From a virus: 64,000 nucleotides of DNA. Below, piece after piece: positions 28,281 through 37,727 of the stretch. A program made the translations under genes and the position numbers. The stretch covers positions 1-64,000 of IMG/VR virus record IMGVR_UViG_3300017971_007885. One strand, written 5' to 3'. Numbering within the stretch: position 1 is the first letter of the stretch; each line of letters opens with the position of its first letter. A model generated the notes under the pieces. It was not told the origin of the DNA. It was given only the letters and a program-made list of their open reading frames with translations, and searched no databases.

Positions 28281-28481
28281 ATGGAAGATCAACTAAAGAG
28301 CATGTTTGATGAGATTCAAGAAGAACAGTTGGTTGAGCTAGAGGCGATGGCTAGGGCGTTATTGGCCAAAGCTGAAGACATGGGGCTTGATTCCATGTCG
28401 ATTTCATGGACCAGGGGGGAAAAGCAACAAGAGCGGGTCTATTACTGGAACCGTCCGGGCCTAGAAACCTTGGAACTGTGA
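28281..28481 (+). CDS. hypothetical protein
   Basis: acidic small ORF downstream of promoter. Confidence 0.55.
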   Translation: MEDQLKSMFDEIQEEQLVELEAMARALLAKAEDMGLDSMSISWTRGEKQQERVYYWNRPGLETLEL

Positions 28482-29449
28482 AGGGCGCAAAGAGGGTTGA
28501 GCGTTGGCAGTTGGCACAACGGCGATCTTTGAACCTGGATCAAAAGATCATCATGTCAACGAAGCGTATAAGGGCGTGGCATGAATGGTTTGATGGCCAG
28601 GTGCACGTATCGTTCTCGGGCGGGTTGGATAGCACTGTTTTGCTTCACTTGGTACGCTCTATCTATCCGGATGTGCCCGCCGTATTTTCAAACACGGGCC
28701 TGGAGTACCCGGAGAACGTGCGTTTTGCCCGTGGCACTGAGAACGTGCATGAGGTTAGGCCGGACAAGAATTTTAGGCGGGTGATCGATGAGTACGGTTA
28801 CCCGGTTGTGAGTAAAAAGATTGCCCAGTATCTTCATGAAGTGCGTATGGCGGGCGATCGCCAAACGGCTACAAAGCGGCTCCGGCTGACCGGCATTCGA
28901 TCGGACGGCACTTTTAGTAAGATGGCCAAGATCCCGGACAAGTGGCTTTACTTGGTAGATGCGCCGTTCAAGATCTCGCATCGGTGTTGCCATTGGCTCA
29001 AGAAACGGCCACTTAGACAGGCTTCAAAGCGGTTTGGGTATCCGTTTGTGGGCACTCGGGCGGATGAATCGAACGAGCGGGAATTAGTGTATCTACAGCT
29101 TGGGTGCAATGCTTACGATACAAAAGCGCCCAGATCCACGCCATTGGCCTTTTGGTTGGACAAGGACATAAAAGAGTACATCAACTTTTTCAATCTGTCC
29201 TATTCGCCTTTGTACGATATGGGTTATGACCGGAGCGGGTGCATGTTTTGCTGTTTTGGCGTGCACTTGGAGAAATATCCGAACCGGTTTCAGAAAATGC
29301 AGAAAACACATCCAAAATGGTGGGACGTGTGCATAAACCGGCTTGGGGTGGGCCGGGTACTGGAGCATATAAACGTGCCTTTTGAGATGCAGGATCAACA
29401 GCTTTCATTTTTTGAACCCAACTATGCCAGGTTAGAAGTGCGGGTATAG
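28478..29449 (+). CDS. PAPS-reductase-family (PP-loop) protein
   Basis: SFSGGLDSTVL, NTGLEYPE, CCHWLKK, RSGCMFC. Confidence 0.85.
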   Translation: MKGAKRVERWQLAQRRSLNLDQKIIMSTKRIRAWHEWFDGQVHVSFSGGLDSTVLLHLVRSIYPDVPAVFSNTGLEYPENVRFARGTENVHEVRPDKNFRRVIDEYGYPVVSKKIAQYLHEVRMAGDRQTATKRLRLTGIRSDGTFSKMAKIPDKWLYLVDAPFKISHRCCHWLKKRPLRQASKRFGYPFVGTRADESNERELVYLQLGCNAYDTKAPRSTPLAFWLDKDIKEYINFFNLSYSPLYDMGYDRSGCMFCCFGVHLEKYPNRFQKMQKTHPKWWDVCINRLGVGRVLEHINVPFEMQDQQLSFFEPNYARLEVRV

Positions 29450-29459
29450 GCTTCAAGCC

Positions 29460-29882
29460 ATGGCTATCAGGATCGTGTTGCTTCTTTTACTTGCCGGGAT
29501 CACTCGGGATCAATACGAGCTTGCGCGGATGCTGGATGGTGAAGCCTACGATTGCACGGATAGCTTTTGCCACGAAGCGGCCACATCTTTGATTGACACG
29601 GTATACAACCGGTTGGATCTGGGATGGTGTACCACGGTCAAGGGATGCCTGTTAGCCGGATATTGGGGTTACCTGGAAGCGCCGGAGATTCCCAGTGTGT
29701 GGGCGGTTGAGGCGGCCAAGGATTATCAAAGGTCAGATCGGCGGATCGTGTTTGCTTTCTCGGGTTGTGATTGTGATCGGCTCCAGTTGGATCGGGATTT
29801 GGCTTTGGTTGAGGCTGGACCGTTCTTCTTTTATGGGAATGAGATCGTGCTAGATGGTGGATCGCAACGTGGCGATCCTTAG
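29460..29882 (+). CDS. possible SleB/Hydrolase_2-like cell wall hydrolase
   Basis: N-terminal hydrophobic helix; LARMLDGEA....TVYNR pattern. Confidence 0.4.
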   Translation: MAIRIVLLLLLAGITRDQYELARMLDGEAYDCTDSFCHEAATSLIDTVYNRLDLGWCTTVKGCLLAGYWGYLEAPEIPSVWAVEAAKDYQRSDRRIVFAFSGCDCDRLQLDRDLALVEAGPFFFYGNEIVLDGGSQRGDP

Positions 29883-29982
29883 TTTGTCGTAATGGCGGGC
29901 ACTGTCAGGGACACCGGGCACCCCCCCTAACCCGATGATCGCCGGGTGCCCGCCTTACTTAGTAAGCAGTGAGGTATGCTGC

Positions 29983-30567
29983 ATGGTTGCAAAAGGGAGC
30001 CATCTATCTGAAGAGCACAAAAAAAAGCTGTCCGTAGCCTTGCGGGGCAATATGAACCGGCTGGATCACGGGGGCCGTTCTAGCCAGATTAAGGCCGTAC
30101 AACCGGTCAAGTGTGATCAAAACTGTGTACTTTGGGACAAATGCCCCAAAAAGATCGAAACGGGATTATCAATTTGTCCGATGAATCAGGAATTCATGGC
30201 CCTTGCGGACACATTGGCCAATGATGCTTTCTACGACCACCACGCCCTTGCCACGTTTTTATCCAGAGTGCTCCAGGTCCAGGGCACCCGCTTCAGCCGG
30301 GCCGCCTTTATAGAGCAGATGGAAGGCGGGGGCGATTTGGATCCCGAGATCACCAAGTTGGGCCAGGCCGTGGCCGGTGACTTGATGCGATTGGCCAGGT
30401 TAGTAGGCCACGACAAGACGGATCCCAAAACCGTGATTGACGCCAGGCAGGTCCACATACATGAGGGGTTGAACGGGAAGGAACGGGGGCGGGTTCTGGA
30501 GATCATTGCTCAGTTGCGTGAAGTGCATCCGGCGCTTGCAGAATCGATCCTTGAGGAAATTGGCTAA
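29983..30567 (+). CDS. probable terminase small subunit
   Basis: position upstream of TerL; NUMOD3-like HLSEEHKKKLS start, Cys cluster, helical C-terminus. Confidence 0.45.
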   Translation: MVAKGSHLSEEHKKKLSVALRGNMNRLDHGGRSSQIKAVQPVKCDQNCVLWDKCPKKIETGLSICPMNQEFMALADTLANDAFYDHHALATFLSRVLQVQGTRFSRAAFIEQMEGGGDLDPEITKLGQAVAGDLMRLARLVGHDKTDPKTVIDARQVHIHEGLNGKERGRVLEIIAQLREVHPALAESILEEIG

Positions 30568-32360
30568 TGAGACAATACATACATGGCCTACACGAGCCGG
30601 GGGGCGAACACTTGATGGTCACGAACCCCGGTTTTTTGCTTTTTACCCACGAGTTGGGTCGGGATCCGGGCAACCATAACGGTTTCGACTATACGCCGTG
30701 GACTTCTCAGGGCTTCCAGGTCATTGCCAGGCTCAACCACGGCTATGGGGCGGCCGGCACGATCCCGCTTCCGGCCTACTATGCCGACTTTGCCCAGAGG
30801 GTGCAAAACTTTGCGGCCAACAGCGTGGGGTGTTACCGGTGGATCATTGGCAATGAGCCAAACCACTCACAGGAGCGTCCAGAAGGCCAACCTATTAGGC
30901 CCGCCCAATATGCCGAGTGCTTCAACATGTGCGCCGATGGGATATTATCAATCGGTGGCTATTGGGATGACATCGTGATCCCGGCTCCGGTGGCCGTGTG
31001 GAATGTTGAGACGACCTATCCGGAGAATCCTTCCGGTGATTGGATCAAGTATTTTACTGACCAATTGGCCGGCTGTGATGAAGCTTTGGTGGGCGGCATA
31101 GCCCTTCACACCTACACCCACGGCAGTGATCCCCTTTTGATCGTGTCAGAGCAGACCATGGATCCCCCCTACCAAGATCGCCGGTACCACTTCCGGGCTT
31201 ACCGGGACTTTATGGCCGTTGTGCCCGATCACTTGGCCAGCCGTCCCGTTTACATCACCGAGACAAACCAGAACGGGCCGTGGTTGAATCAAAACAACGG
31301 TTGGATTCAGGCTGCCATGGCTGAAGTGGATGGGTGGAACCAGGTCAACGATCAGGTGATAGAAGCGTGTATTTGTTACCGGTGGCCACGGTATGACCAA
31401 TGGTACATGGATGGTCTTGGCGGGGTCATGCAGGGTTTTCAAGAAGCGGCGGATTTGGGTTATTATGTTGAAGTGAATGGAGATGGAACGATGCCAGATG
31501 AAGAGTGGGTACGAATATACTTGAACGAGTGCACGAACTTTTACGATCAAGATGGTGTTCCGGAGCAGACGATCCCGGTTGGCACCAGGCTTCACTATCG
31601 CCATCGCCTTGAGGGTCAACCGCCAGGGTATTTTCCACGCCCCGAGTTGGATTTGAAGGACCAAGACCTTGGGCATACCGAGTACCACAGCCCACCGAGG
31701 GCGGCAAGCGGTTTGTATATCAGTGCCGAAGGGCAATTTGCATGGGTCACGGACCGGATTCCGGTCACGCCTGGAAAGAAATTGAGGGCTATTATCAAGT
31801 ACATGCACATTTTCCACGAGGGTGGTCAAAATGGTGGTGGTGGTGCTCAACCGGGCATTGTGATGGGTGATGGTCCATTCGGCGGCGAGAACTATATTTG
31901 GCCGGTGAACGAAGACAGCCCATTTGACGATCCCAACATCGTTTATGGACCTTGGCGATCTTCGAGGATCGGAGCGAGCGACTATCTACAGGATCGTGGT
32001 TGGGCGGATCTGGTTGTGGACGATGTTCAGCACGGGGTCAACTTTGTGCGGCTTATTGTTCGGTGCCATTCTGATGTTCAATCATCGTGTGTTTTTCACA
32101 TAGATGACCTGGAGCTATTCATGCTCACAGACGACGATCCGGGCTTGCCCCCCGATCCGCCGGCCGGTGGTGGGGAATGCGATCCGATCTCCAGCGGTGT
32201 GGCAGATTTGGCGTTGGTTATGGCCAAGTCGTTGCTTTTGTTTTCCGACACGGCCAAGGAAGCGGCCAAGCTTTTTCACAACTTGGTGGATGAGTGGATG
32301 CCGGATGCATCCCCTTCTTTTCTTCAGCGAGTAACCCGGTTTTTTACTAGGAAGGGGTAG
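30567..32360 (+). CDS. GH-A clan glycoside hydrolase-like protein (possible endolysin)
   Basis: IIGNEPN acid/base and VYITETN nucleophile motifs, LHTY; C-terminal beta-rich domain. Confidence 0.65.
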   Translation: MRQYIHGLHEPGGEHLMVTNPGFLLFTHELGRDPGNHNGFDYTPWTSQGFQVIARLNHGYGAAGTIPLPAYYADFAQRVQNFAANSVGCYRWIIGNEPNHSQERPEGQPIRPAQYAECFNMCADGILSIGGYWDDIVIPAPVAVWNVETTYPENPSGDWIKYFTDQLAGCDEALVGGIALHTYTHGSDPLLIVSEQTMDPPYQDRRYHFRAYRDFMAVVPDHLASRPVYITETNQNGPWLNQNNGWIQAAMAEVDGWNQVNDQVIEACICYRWPRYDQWYMDGLGGVMQGFQEAADLGYYVEVNGDGTMPDEEWVRIYLNECTNFYDQDGVPEQTIPVGTRLHYRHRLEGQPPGYFPRPELDLKDQDLGHTEYHSPPRAASGLYISAEGQFAWVTDRIPVTPGKKLRAIIKYMHIFHEGGQNGGGGAQPGIVMGDGPFGGENYIWPVNEDSPFDDPNIVYGPWRSSRIGASDYLQDRGWADLVVDDVQHGVNFVRLIVRCHSDVQSSCVFHIDDLELFMLTDDDPGLPPDPPAGGGECDPISSGVADLALVMAKSLLLFSDTAKEAAKLFHNLVDEWMPDASPSFLQRVTRFFTRKG

Positions 32361-33779
32361 ATGGGTGCAGCGGATCTTGCTCCAAAAAACAAAGATGAGT
32401 TGCACAGTTGGATCAAGGCGTATCTTGGGCTTCACATTCCCAGAGTGCCGGTCTATCCTGGATCTTGCGCACCGTTCGATCTAATCTCGGATATCTATTT
32501 TAGGCGGGTACAAAGGGCGCTTGTATTGGCGTGCCGGGGCGGTGGGAAAACGCTCAATTTTTCATTACTCAACCTGCTACGTTCCAAGTTTCACGAGCGA
32601 TCGGGAACCGGCCATTTTGCAGCGGTGGAAGCACAAGGCGATTGGGGCATGTCCTATCTGAAGACGTGGCTCCAAAAGTCCTATCTTGCCCGTGATATCG
32701 TGAAGGATTACACGGATTACGTGGAGTGGGCCAACGGCTCATGGGTGCGCCGGGGCTCTGGGTACGCTACGAGGGGCGTTACTGCTTCCCACCCCAACCG
32801 ATTGGTGATAGATGAGGTGGACCTTTGGACGCCGGAGCAGTTTGAAACGGCTCAATTTATGGTGTCCGGGACCAAAGAGCATCCGCCCGAGACGTTGATC
32901 GCGTCTACCGCTTACACGGCACATGGCATGATGCTGTCCACATTGCTCCCACAGGCCAAGAAGCGCAATTTTAAGCTTTACCGGTGGACTGTCTTTGAGA
33001 CGTTGGAGCAGTGCCGCAAATGTCGGAAGGCCAAGTGCCCACTTTATCAATGGGAGCATCCACGGACAGGCCAGAAGGCGGCGCTATGTGGGGGTCGGGC
33101 ACTGCACAGTGATGGTTACGTGCCTTTGGACGTGGCCATAGATGAATACTACCGCACCGATGCGGATACTTACCTTGTCCAGAAGCTTCTAGCGGCTCCA
33201 GAGCGTCAACATTTGATCTATCCCAGATTTTTGCCCGATCTTCACGCTCCAGGGCCACCCCCGGAAGACGTAAAGCGGTATGGCCAATACGGGATCGGGG
33301 TTGACTGGGGGTTTGATCATCCCTTGGTGTTTACCGTCTTTGCCGAAATGCCCAACGGGGTGTACTGGGGCATAGAAGAGCATGGGGAACGGTTTGCGAC
33401 TCCGGATCGTGAGGTCGAGATAGCCAAGGATTTTCAAGCCAAGTACGGGGTGGAAGTGCCTTTTTATTGTGGCAAGGATCAACCCAAGAGCATCCAGGCA
33501 TTCTATGAGGCCGGGCTTGTCGTGATCCCCAACTTGGTAGATCGGCGGGACGATGGGCACCGTTATGTCAGGCGGCTTATGGATCCCAACAAGGGGCCGC
33601 TTTTGTACCTTGATCCGGATGAGATGCCCGCCACGGTGCACCAACTTGGGGCTATCCATCGGAACGATCGGGGCAAAGAAGTGCTCAAGGACAACGATTT
33701 TGCCGACTCTAGCCGCCACGTTCTTGCTTCAGCGCAAGAGGCCGGGGGCATTCAGGCGGGCGGGGGATTTATGGTATGA
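32361..33779 (+). CDS. terL: terminase large subunit
   Basis: Walker A CRGGGKT, Walker B LVIDE, coupling AST, nuclease GVDWG and ND.AD. Confidence 0.85.
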   Translation: MGAADLAPKNKDELHSWIKAYLGLHIPRVPVYPGSCAPFDLISDIYFRRVQRALVLACRGGGKTLNFSLLNLLRSKFHERSGTGHFAAVEAQGDWGMSYLKTWLQKSYLARDIVKDYTDYVEWANGSWVRRGSGYATRGVTASHPNRLVIDEVDLWTPEQFETAQFMVSGTKEHPPETLIASTAYTAHGMMLSTLLPQAKKRNFKLYRWTVFETLEQCRKCRKAKCPLYQWEHPRTGQKAALCGGRALHSDGYVPLDVAIDEYYRTDADTYLVQKLLAAPERQHLIYPRFLPDLHAPGPPPEDVKRYGQYGIGVDWGFDHPLVFTVFAEMPNGVYWGIEEHGERFATPDREVEIAKDFQAKYGVEVPFYCGKDQPKSIQAFYEAGLVVIPNLVDRRDDGHRYVRRLMDPNKGPLLYLDPDEMPATVHQLGAIHRNDRGKEVLKDNDFADSSRHVLASAQEAGGIQAGGGFMV

Positions 33780-33973
33780 AGATCAAGGTTACTTTGGAAT
33801 TGGACGTGCCGGAAAACGTGGCCAGGGCTATCCAGGAAGCAAAGCAGTACGATCCGAACTTTCTGGAAGTGTTCGCTCTTTTATCAATCCAAGAGTTGGC
33901 GGCGGAATACGATTTTGCGCTTGCCAATACGCCGGCCAGTCTCGATCCAAGCGGACCACAGCTAGAGCCATGA
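33776..33973 (+). CDS. hypothetical protein
   Basis: ATGA coupling. Confidence 0.55.
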   Translation: MKIKVTLELDVPENVARAIQEAKQYDPNFLEVFALLSIQELAAEYDFALANTPASLDPSGPQLEP

Positions 33974-34044
33974 CGTATGGCCAAGTTTTTGTGCACTAGT
34001 CCTTGGGACCAGTACCAAGGGCAAAAACCTAGAGGTACAGTCAA

Positions 34045-34785
34045 ATGCCAGCTACGCCGGGGATCATTTTAACTGACTATCGGACCGGGGGATCGTTTCT
34101 ATCCTTGTGCCTGGACTCGCATCCGTTGATCTTTTGTCTCAGGGGCGAGCCGTTGGCCAGGCGATCCGGGCTGTACCGTTATTTTCCGAACTTGGATCCG
34201 GAGCAGGTGCTTCAATACATCTTTCGGACCGAGTTTTGCGAATTGGCCATGTGCAAGATCGTCTACCGCCAGGCCGGTCCGAAGGTTTGGAAGTATCTTG
34301 TTGCGCAAAAGGGCATAAAGGTGGTACACTTGGTGCGGCGCAACGAATTAAGGGCCGCATGTTCTTTTCTTTTTCAAAAGGCCGTGCTCCAGGGCAAAGC
34401 AGAGCATCCCCACCCACTCCACCACTTCAATCGCAAGCCCACTCAACCGAAGCCGATCCGGCTTGATCCACATGTGATCTTGGACCTTTGCCGGGATCGG
34501 ATCCGGGCCAGAAAGGCCGCTTACAGCCAGATAGATAAGCATAACTTGTCTGCAAAAGTAGTCTACTATGAGCATATGTGCGGCGGAGAAGAGATCGAGG
34601 CGCTACCGGAAAGTCTGAATGAAGAGTTGTGCCGTTTCTTGGATCTGCCATATTATCAAATGGCCGCCCCGTTCTTGCATCGGGTCAATGCACAATTCCC
34701 CTTGTCCGAGTTGATCAAGAATTGGCGACAGGTGAAGGCATTGATCAGGGAAACGGAATTTGGCCACTATCTGGAAGGTGAATAA
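34045..34785 (+). CDS. Stf0-like sulfotransferase
   Basis: 5'-PSB RTGGSFL...LDSHP..GE; 3'-PB VHLVRRN..A.S; VYYE. Confidence 0.75.
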   Translation: MPATPGIILTDYRTGGSFLSLCLDSHPLIFCLRGEPLARRSGLYRYFPNLDPEQVLQYIFRTEFCELAMCKIVYRQAGPKVWKYLVAQKGIKVVHLVRRNELRAACSFLFQKAVLQGKAEHPHPLHHFNRKPTQPKPIRLDPHVILDLCRDRIRARKAAYSQIDKHNLSAKVVYYEHMCGGEEIEALPESLNEELCRFLDLPYYQMAAPFLHRVNAQFPLSELIKNWRQVKALIRETEFGHYLEGE

Positions 34786-35486
34786 TGTACATCAACGAAG
34801 TTGATCTTGCCAAGCTCACCGTGCGCGTGGAAGGATCTCCGGGCTCCATTCTATCATTCTTTACCGGGGCGTATCCCGAGTTATACATGCCGCTCCAGCG
34901 CATGCATGGGATCAAGAGCCAGGTTGGTTTACATCAGGCGTGTGCTCTTGTTTTGCTTGCCCGCCAGTTTGCCGGAAAAGAGGCGGCGATCTTAAACATC
35001 GGATGTGCTTTTGGCTATAGCACGGCTTGCCTTGCGGAAGGAGCTCCAGACGCTGACATTGTAAGCCTGGATGTGGCTCCAAAGCGGATCAAGCTTGCAA
35101 AGAAGGCGCTTGTCAGGTATCCCAACGTGAAAGTGCTTCAGATAGCATCTTGGGACTTCTTTTTGCCCAATGCCGGCCGGTTGTGGGATATGATCTTTGT
35201 GGATGGATGCCATAGGGCGATCTGGAAGGATATGCCATTTTACAACACGGTCAGGCCGGGCGGGCTTTTTATGTCCCACGATTACATACCGGCCCGCTTT
35301 CCCTTTGTGGTGGAAGCGTTGGACAGCCTCAAGGAGCAGTTTGGCCGCCTTTATGATGTGCGGATCTACGACGATCGGGGATGTGGCGTGGTCGGCATGG
35401 TCAGACAAGAAGGCGAAATGTGGCAGATGCCAAAGGGTTATCAATGGACAGAAGAAGCGGTGCGTGGTTTCAAGGGTGGCTTGTAA
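34785..35486 (+). CDS. class I SAM methyltransferase (Methyltransf_24-like)
   Basis: NIGCAFGYST, DMIFVDGCH, PGGL..HDY. Confidence 0.8.
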   Translation: MYINEVDLAKLTVRVEGSPGSILSFFTGAYPELYMPLQRMHGIKSQVGLHQACALVLLARQFAGKEAAILNIGCAFGYSTACLAEGAPDADIVSLDVAPKRIKLAKKALVRYPNVKVLQIASWDFFLPNAGRLWDMIFVDGCHRAIWKDMPFYNTVRPGGLFMSHDYIPARFPFVVEALDSLKEQFGRLYDVRIYDDRGCGVVGMVRQEGEMWQMPKGYQWTEEAVRGFKGGL

Positions 35487-35977
35487 CCAAAAAGGGGGCG
35501 GATACATCCGGAAATTGGCGGCATAGAGGCACGCCGGGAAGCGTTGGCGGATCGTTGCCAGGTGGTGGCCACGGATTGATCGGCATTGGAGCAGATACCC
35601 CGCCGGCCATGGCCAGTGATTTGGTGCACGAATACCGGAAAAATCAGGTGCGCAAGCGAGAGCTTGAAGAAAAGATGCGCAAAGCAGAAAGGGCGAAGCC
35701 GGGCGAAGCGCCGGCCGGAGAACCCAAGGGCCAGTTACCACCCGAAATCACTCAAAAAGAATCCAAGTTCACGGCCAAGGATCTGCGGGGGCTCAACAGG
35801 GAATGGGGCCACAAGATCCGGCAGTGGAAGCGCCGGGTGGATCAAGTTGTGGTATGGCTGAAAGGGGGCTGGATCGGCAGACCTGAAGTAAAAAGCCGGA
35901 TCGGGGCCATAAGGCAGGTCATGCAAGCGGCGCAAGAAAGACATGACAAGAAGATGAAGGAGTTTATGGCCAAATGA
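35444..35977 (+). CDS. tagged basic protein (putative internal virion protein)
   Basis: AWFQGWLVTKKG.SGNWRHRG.PGSVGGSLPGGG. Confidence 0.7.
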   Translation: MDRRSGAWFQGWLVTKKGADTSGNWRHRGTPGSVGGSLPGGGHGLIGIGADTPPAMASDLVHEYRKNQVRKRELEEKMRKAERAKPGEAPAGEPKGQLPPEITQKESKFTAKDLRGLNREWGHKIRQWKRRVDQVVVWLKGGWIGRPEVKSRIGAIRQVMQAAQERHDKKMKEFMAK

Positions 35978-36693
35978 ATAGCATACAGGCTTGGTTTAAT
36001 GGTTGGGTGGTCACAAAGGCCCATGGTCCTTTGGCCCATGGACAAAAGGGCTCCGACACGTCCGGGAATTGGCTCCACAAGGGTCGTAGAGGGAAAAGGG
36101 GCGGATCTTTGCCGGGCGGGGGCCATAAAACGCTAGGAATCGCCTCAGACGCTACGCCAGCGGAGATCAAGGATGAAGTGGCTGCCAGGCGTGAAGAGCG
36201 AAAGGACAAAAAGCCGGACCAGGGGCCGCCGATCGCGCCGGGCAAGTATATCCGGGCCAAAGCGGGCGTGTCTGGGGGAAAGGTCGTCAAGGAGATAGAC
36301 TATCTGGGCACAAAAGACGCTTACTTGGTCCAGATCCGCAATGGGGATCTCGTGGCATTTTCCAAGAAAGTGCCCCATGAAGAGATAAGCAAGGATCAAG
36401 CGATCCGCCAGGGTTTTGAAGCGCCAAAGGCCCATAAGCCCAGTCCGCCGCCCAAGAAATTGCCCAAGGGCGCATCATTTTACGCTCAGACGACAACCCA
36501 ACTTGGAAAGGAATTTGCCCACAAGATCCGATTGGTTCAGGGGGCCGTGAATAGGTTACAGGCCAGATTATCAAGCGGCAAGGGCAAAACGGCCAATATA
36601 GAGCGGGATCTTAGGCGATATGCCAGGCTGGCTACAGCCATTCGAGAAGAGTATAACCGATTGCTTGATGAGTTTTCAGGGGCCGGGGTATGA
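35974..36693 (+). CDS. tagged basic protein (putative internal virion protein)
   Basis: AWFNGW..QKG.SGNWLHKG; C-terminal helix related to previous gene (KEFAHKIR vs REWGHKIR). Confidence 0.7.
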   Translation: MNSIQAWFNGWVVTKAHGPLAHGQKGSDTSGNWLHKGRRGKRGGSLPGGGHKTLGIASDATPAEIKDEVAARREERKDKKPDQGPPIAPGKYIRAKAGVSGGKVVKEIDYLGTKDAYLVQIRNGDLVAFSKKVPHEEISKDQAIRQGFEAPKAHKPSPPPKKLPKGASFYAQTTTQLGKEFAHKIRLVQGAVNRLQARLSSGKGKTANIERDLRRYARLATAIREEYNRLLDEFSGAGV

Positions 36694-37727
36694 ACCAAAG
36701 AGCGGCACTTGATCCTGAATCGTGTTCCAAGCACAGGGCTTGGTTTAATGGTTGGGTGGTCACCCAGAGGGGCGGGCCAGGCTCTGGTAACTGGGGCCAT
36801 AAGGGGCGGAAGGGGCAACGGGGTGGATCGTTGGCCAAGACAGGCGGGGCCGCCTTTGCCCTTTACCGGTACATGCGCAAAAAGAAGGCCGGATTATCAA
36901 GCCCCGCCGCCAAAGCCGTGATCGATGGGATCAAGGCCCAGAGGCCGGATGCCACGGATGCCGGGATCGAGATGTATCTAGACACGATGGGTATGGACCG
37001 TGAAAAGTTCGACTATTATGGCGAAAAGTTGGGCTTGGATGTGGATGCGCTCCGGGATCCGTTTTTTGCCGAGATAGGCGAAACAGACAAGGCCATGGAA
37101 CGGCTCAAGATGCAGATCCAGGACAAGGCAACCTATCAATGGATCGGCACGAGTGGCAAAAAGTTTGTGGCCTTTTCTCAGGAAACGCCAGATGATATAT
37201 GGGAAAAGGTCAAAACGCCGGTAGGGACCACTTCAGCCGATGCGATCGACAAGCTGAAGAGCCAGGGGATCAAGGTCAATATACAGGGTGACGTAAAAGA
37301 AGAGCGGTTGCATCGGGAGTTATCGCAATTATCCAACTTGCTTCAGGAAAAGCCCATTCTGCAAAAGATCTTTACTTCCCAAGGGGGCCGGGTAGACTAC
37401 CGGGAAAGGCCGCCCCACAAGCCAACGGCTTCAGCTTCTTATGAATTTGACAAGATCGTGGTGTGGGCTGGAGAAGACGACTTTCCCAACTTTCCCAACG
37501 TATGGGCTCACGAGATAGGCCATGCGACGGCCAAAATGGCCAGTGTCAAGGATATGGCCAAAGTGTTTGGCCGGGGTCGTCACGTAAGCGCCTATGCCTG
37601 GACTAACTTCCAAGAGGACTTTGCGGAAACATTCACAAGCGTGATCTTTGGGGACCAGAAAGCCCAGAGTTTTGCAGGTCCGGACAAGGTTGGTTTTATC
37701 AATGACCTATTGGCGAGGGTACAATGA
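36690..37727 (+). CDS. tagged metallopeptidase of lethal-factor/Tox-MPTase type
   Basis: AWFNGW..QRGGPGSGNWGHKG; HEIGH...SAYAWTNFQEDFAE. Confidence 0.75.
   Translation: MNQRAALDPESCSKHRAWFNGWVVTQRGGPGSGNWGHKGRKGQRGGSLAKTGGAAFALYRYMRKKKAGLSSPAAKAVIDGIKAQRPDATDAGIEMYLDTMGMDREKFDYYGEKLGLDVDALRDPFFAEIGETDKAMERLKMQIQDKATYQWIGTSGKKFVAFSQETPDDIWEKVKTPVGTTSADAIDKLKSQGIKVNIQGDVKEERLHRELSQLSNLLQEKPILQKIFTSQGGRVDYRERPPHKPTASASYEFDKIVVWAGEDDFPNFPNVWAHEIGHATAKMASVKDMAKVFGRGRHVSAYAWTNFQEDFAETFTSVIFGDQKAQSFAGPDKVGFINDLLARVQ

Noticed and set aside
33971-34044. TGA of ORF 33776 followed by open codons
   Set aside because: No hairpin at the 10-11 nt spacing; the extension runs out of frame into the next gene.
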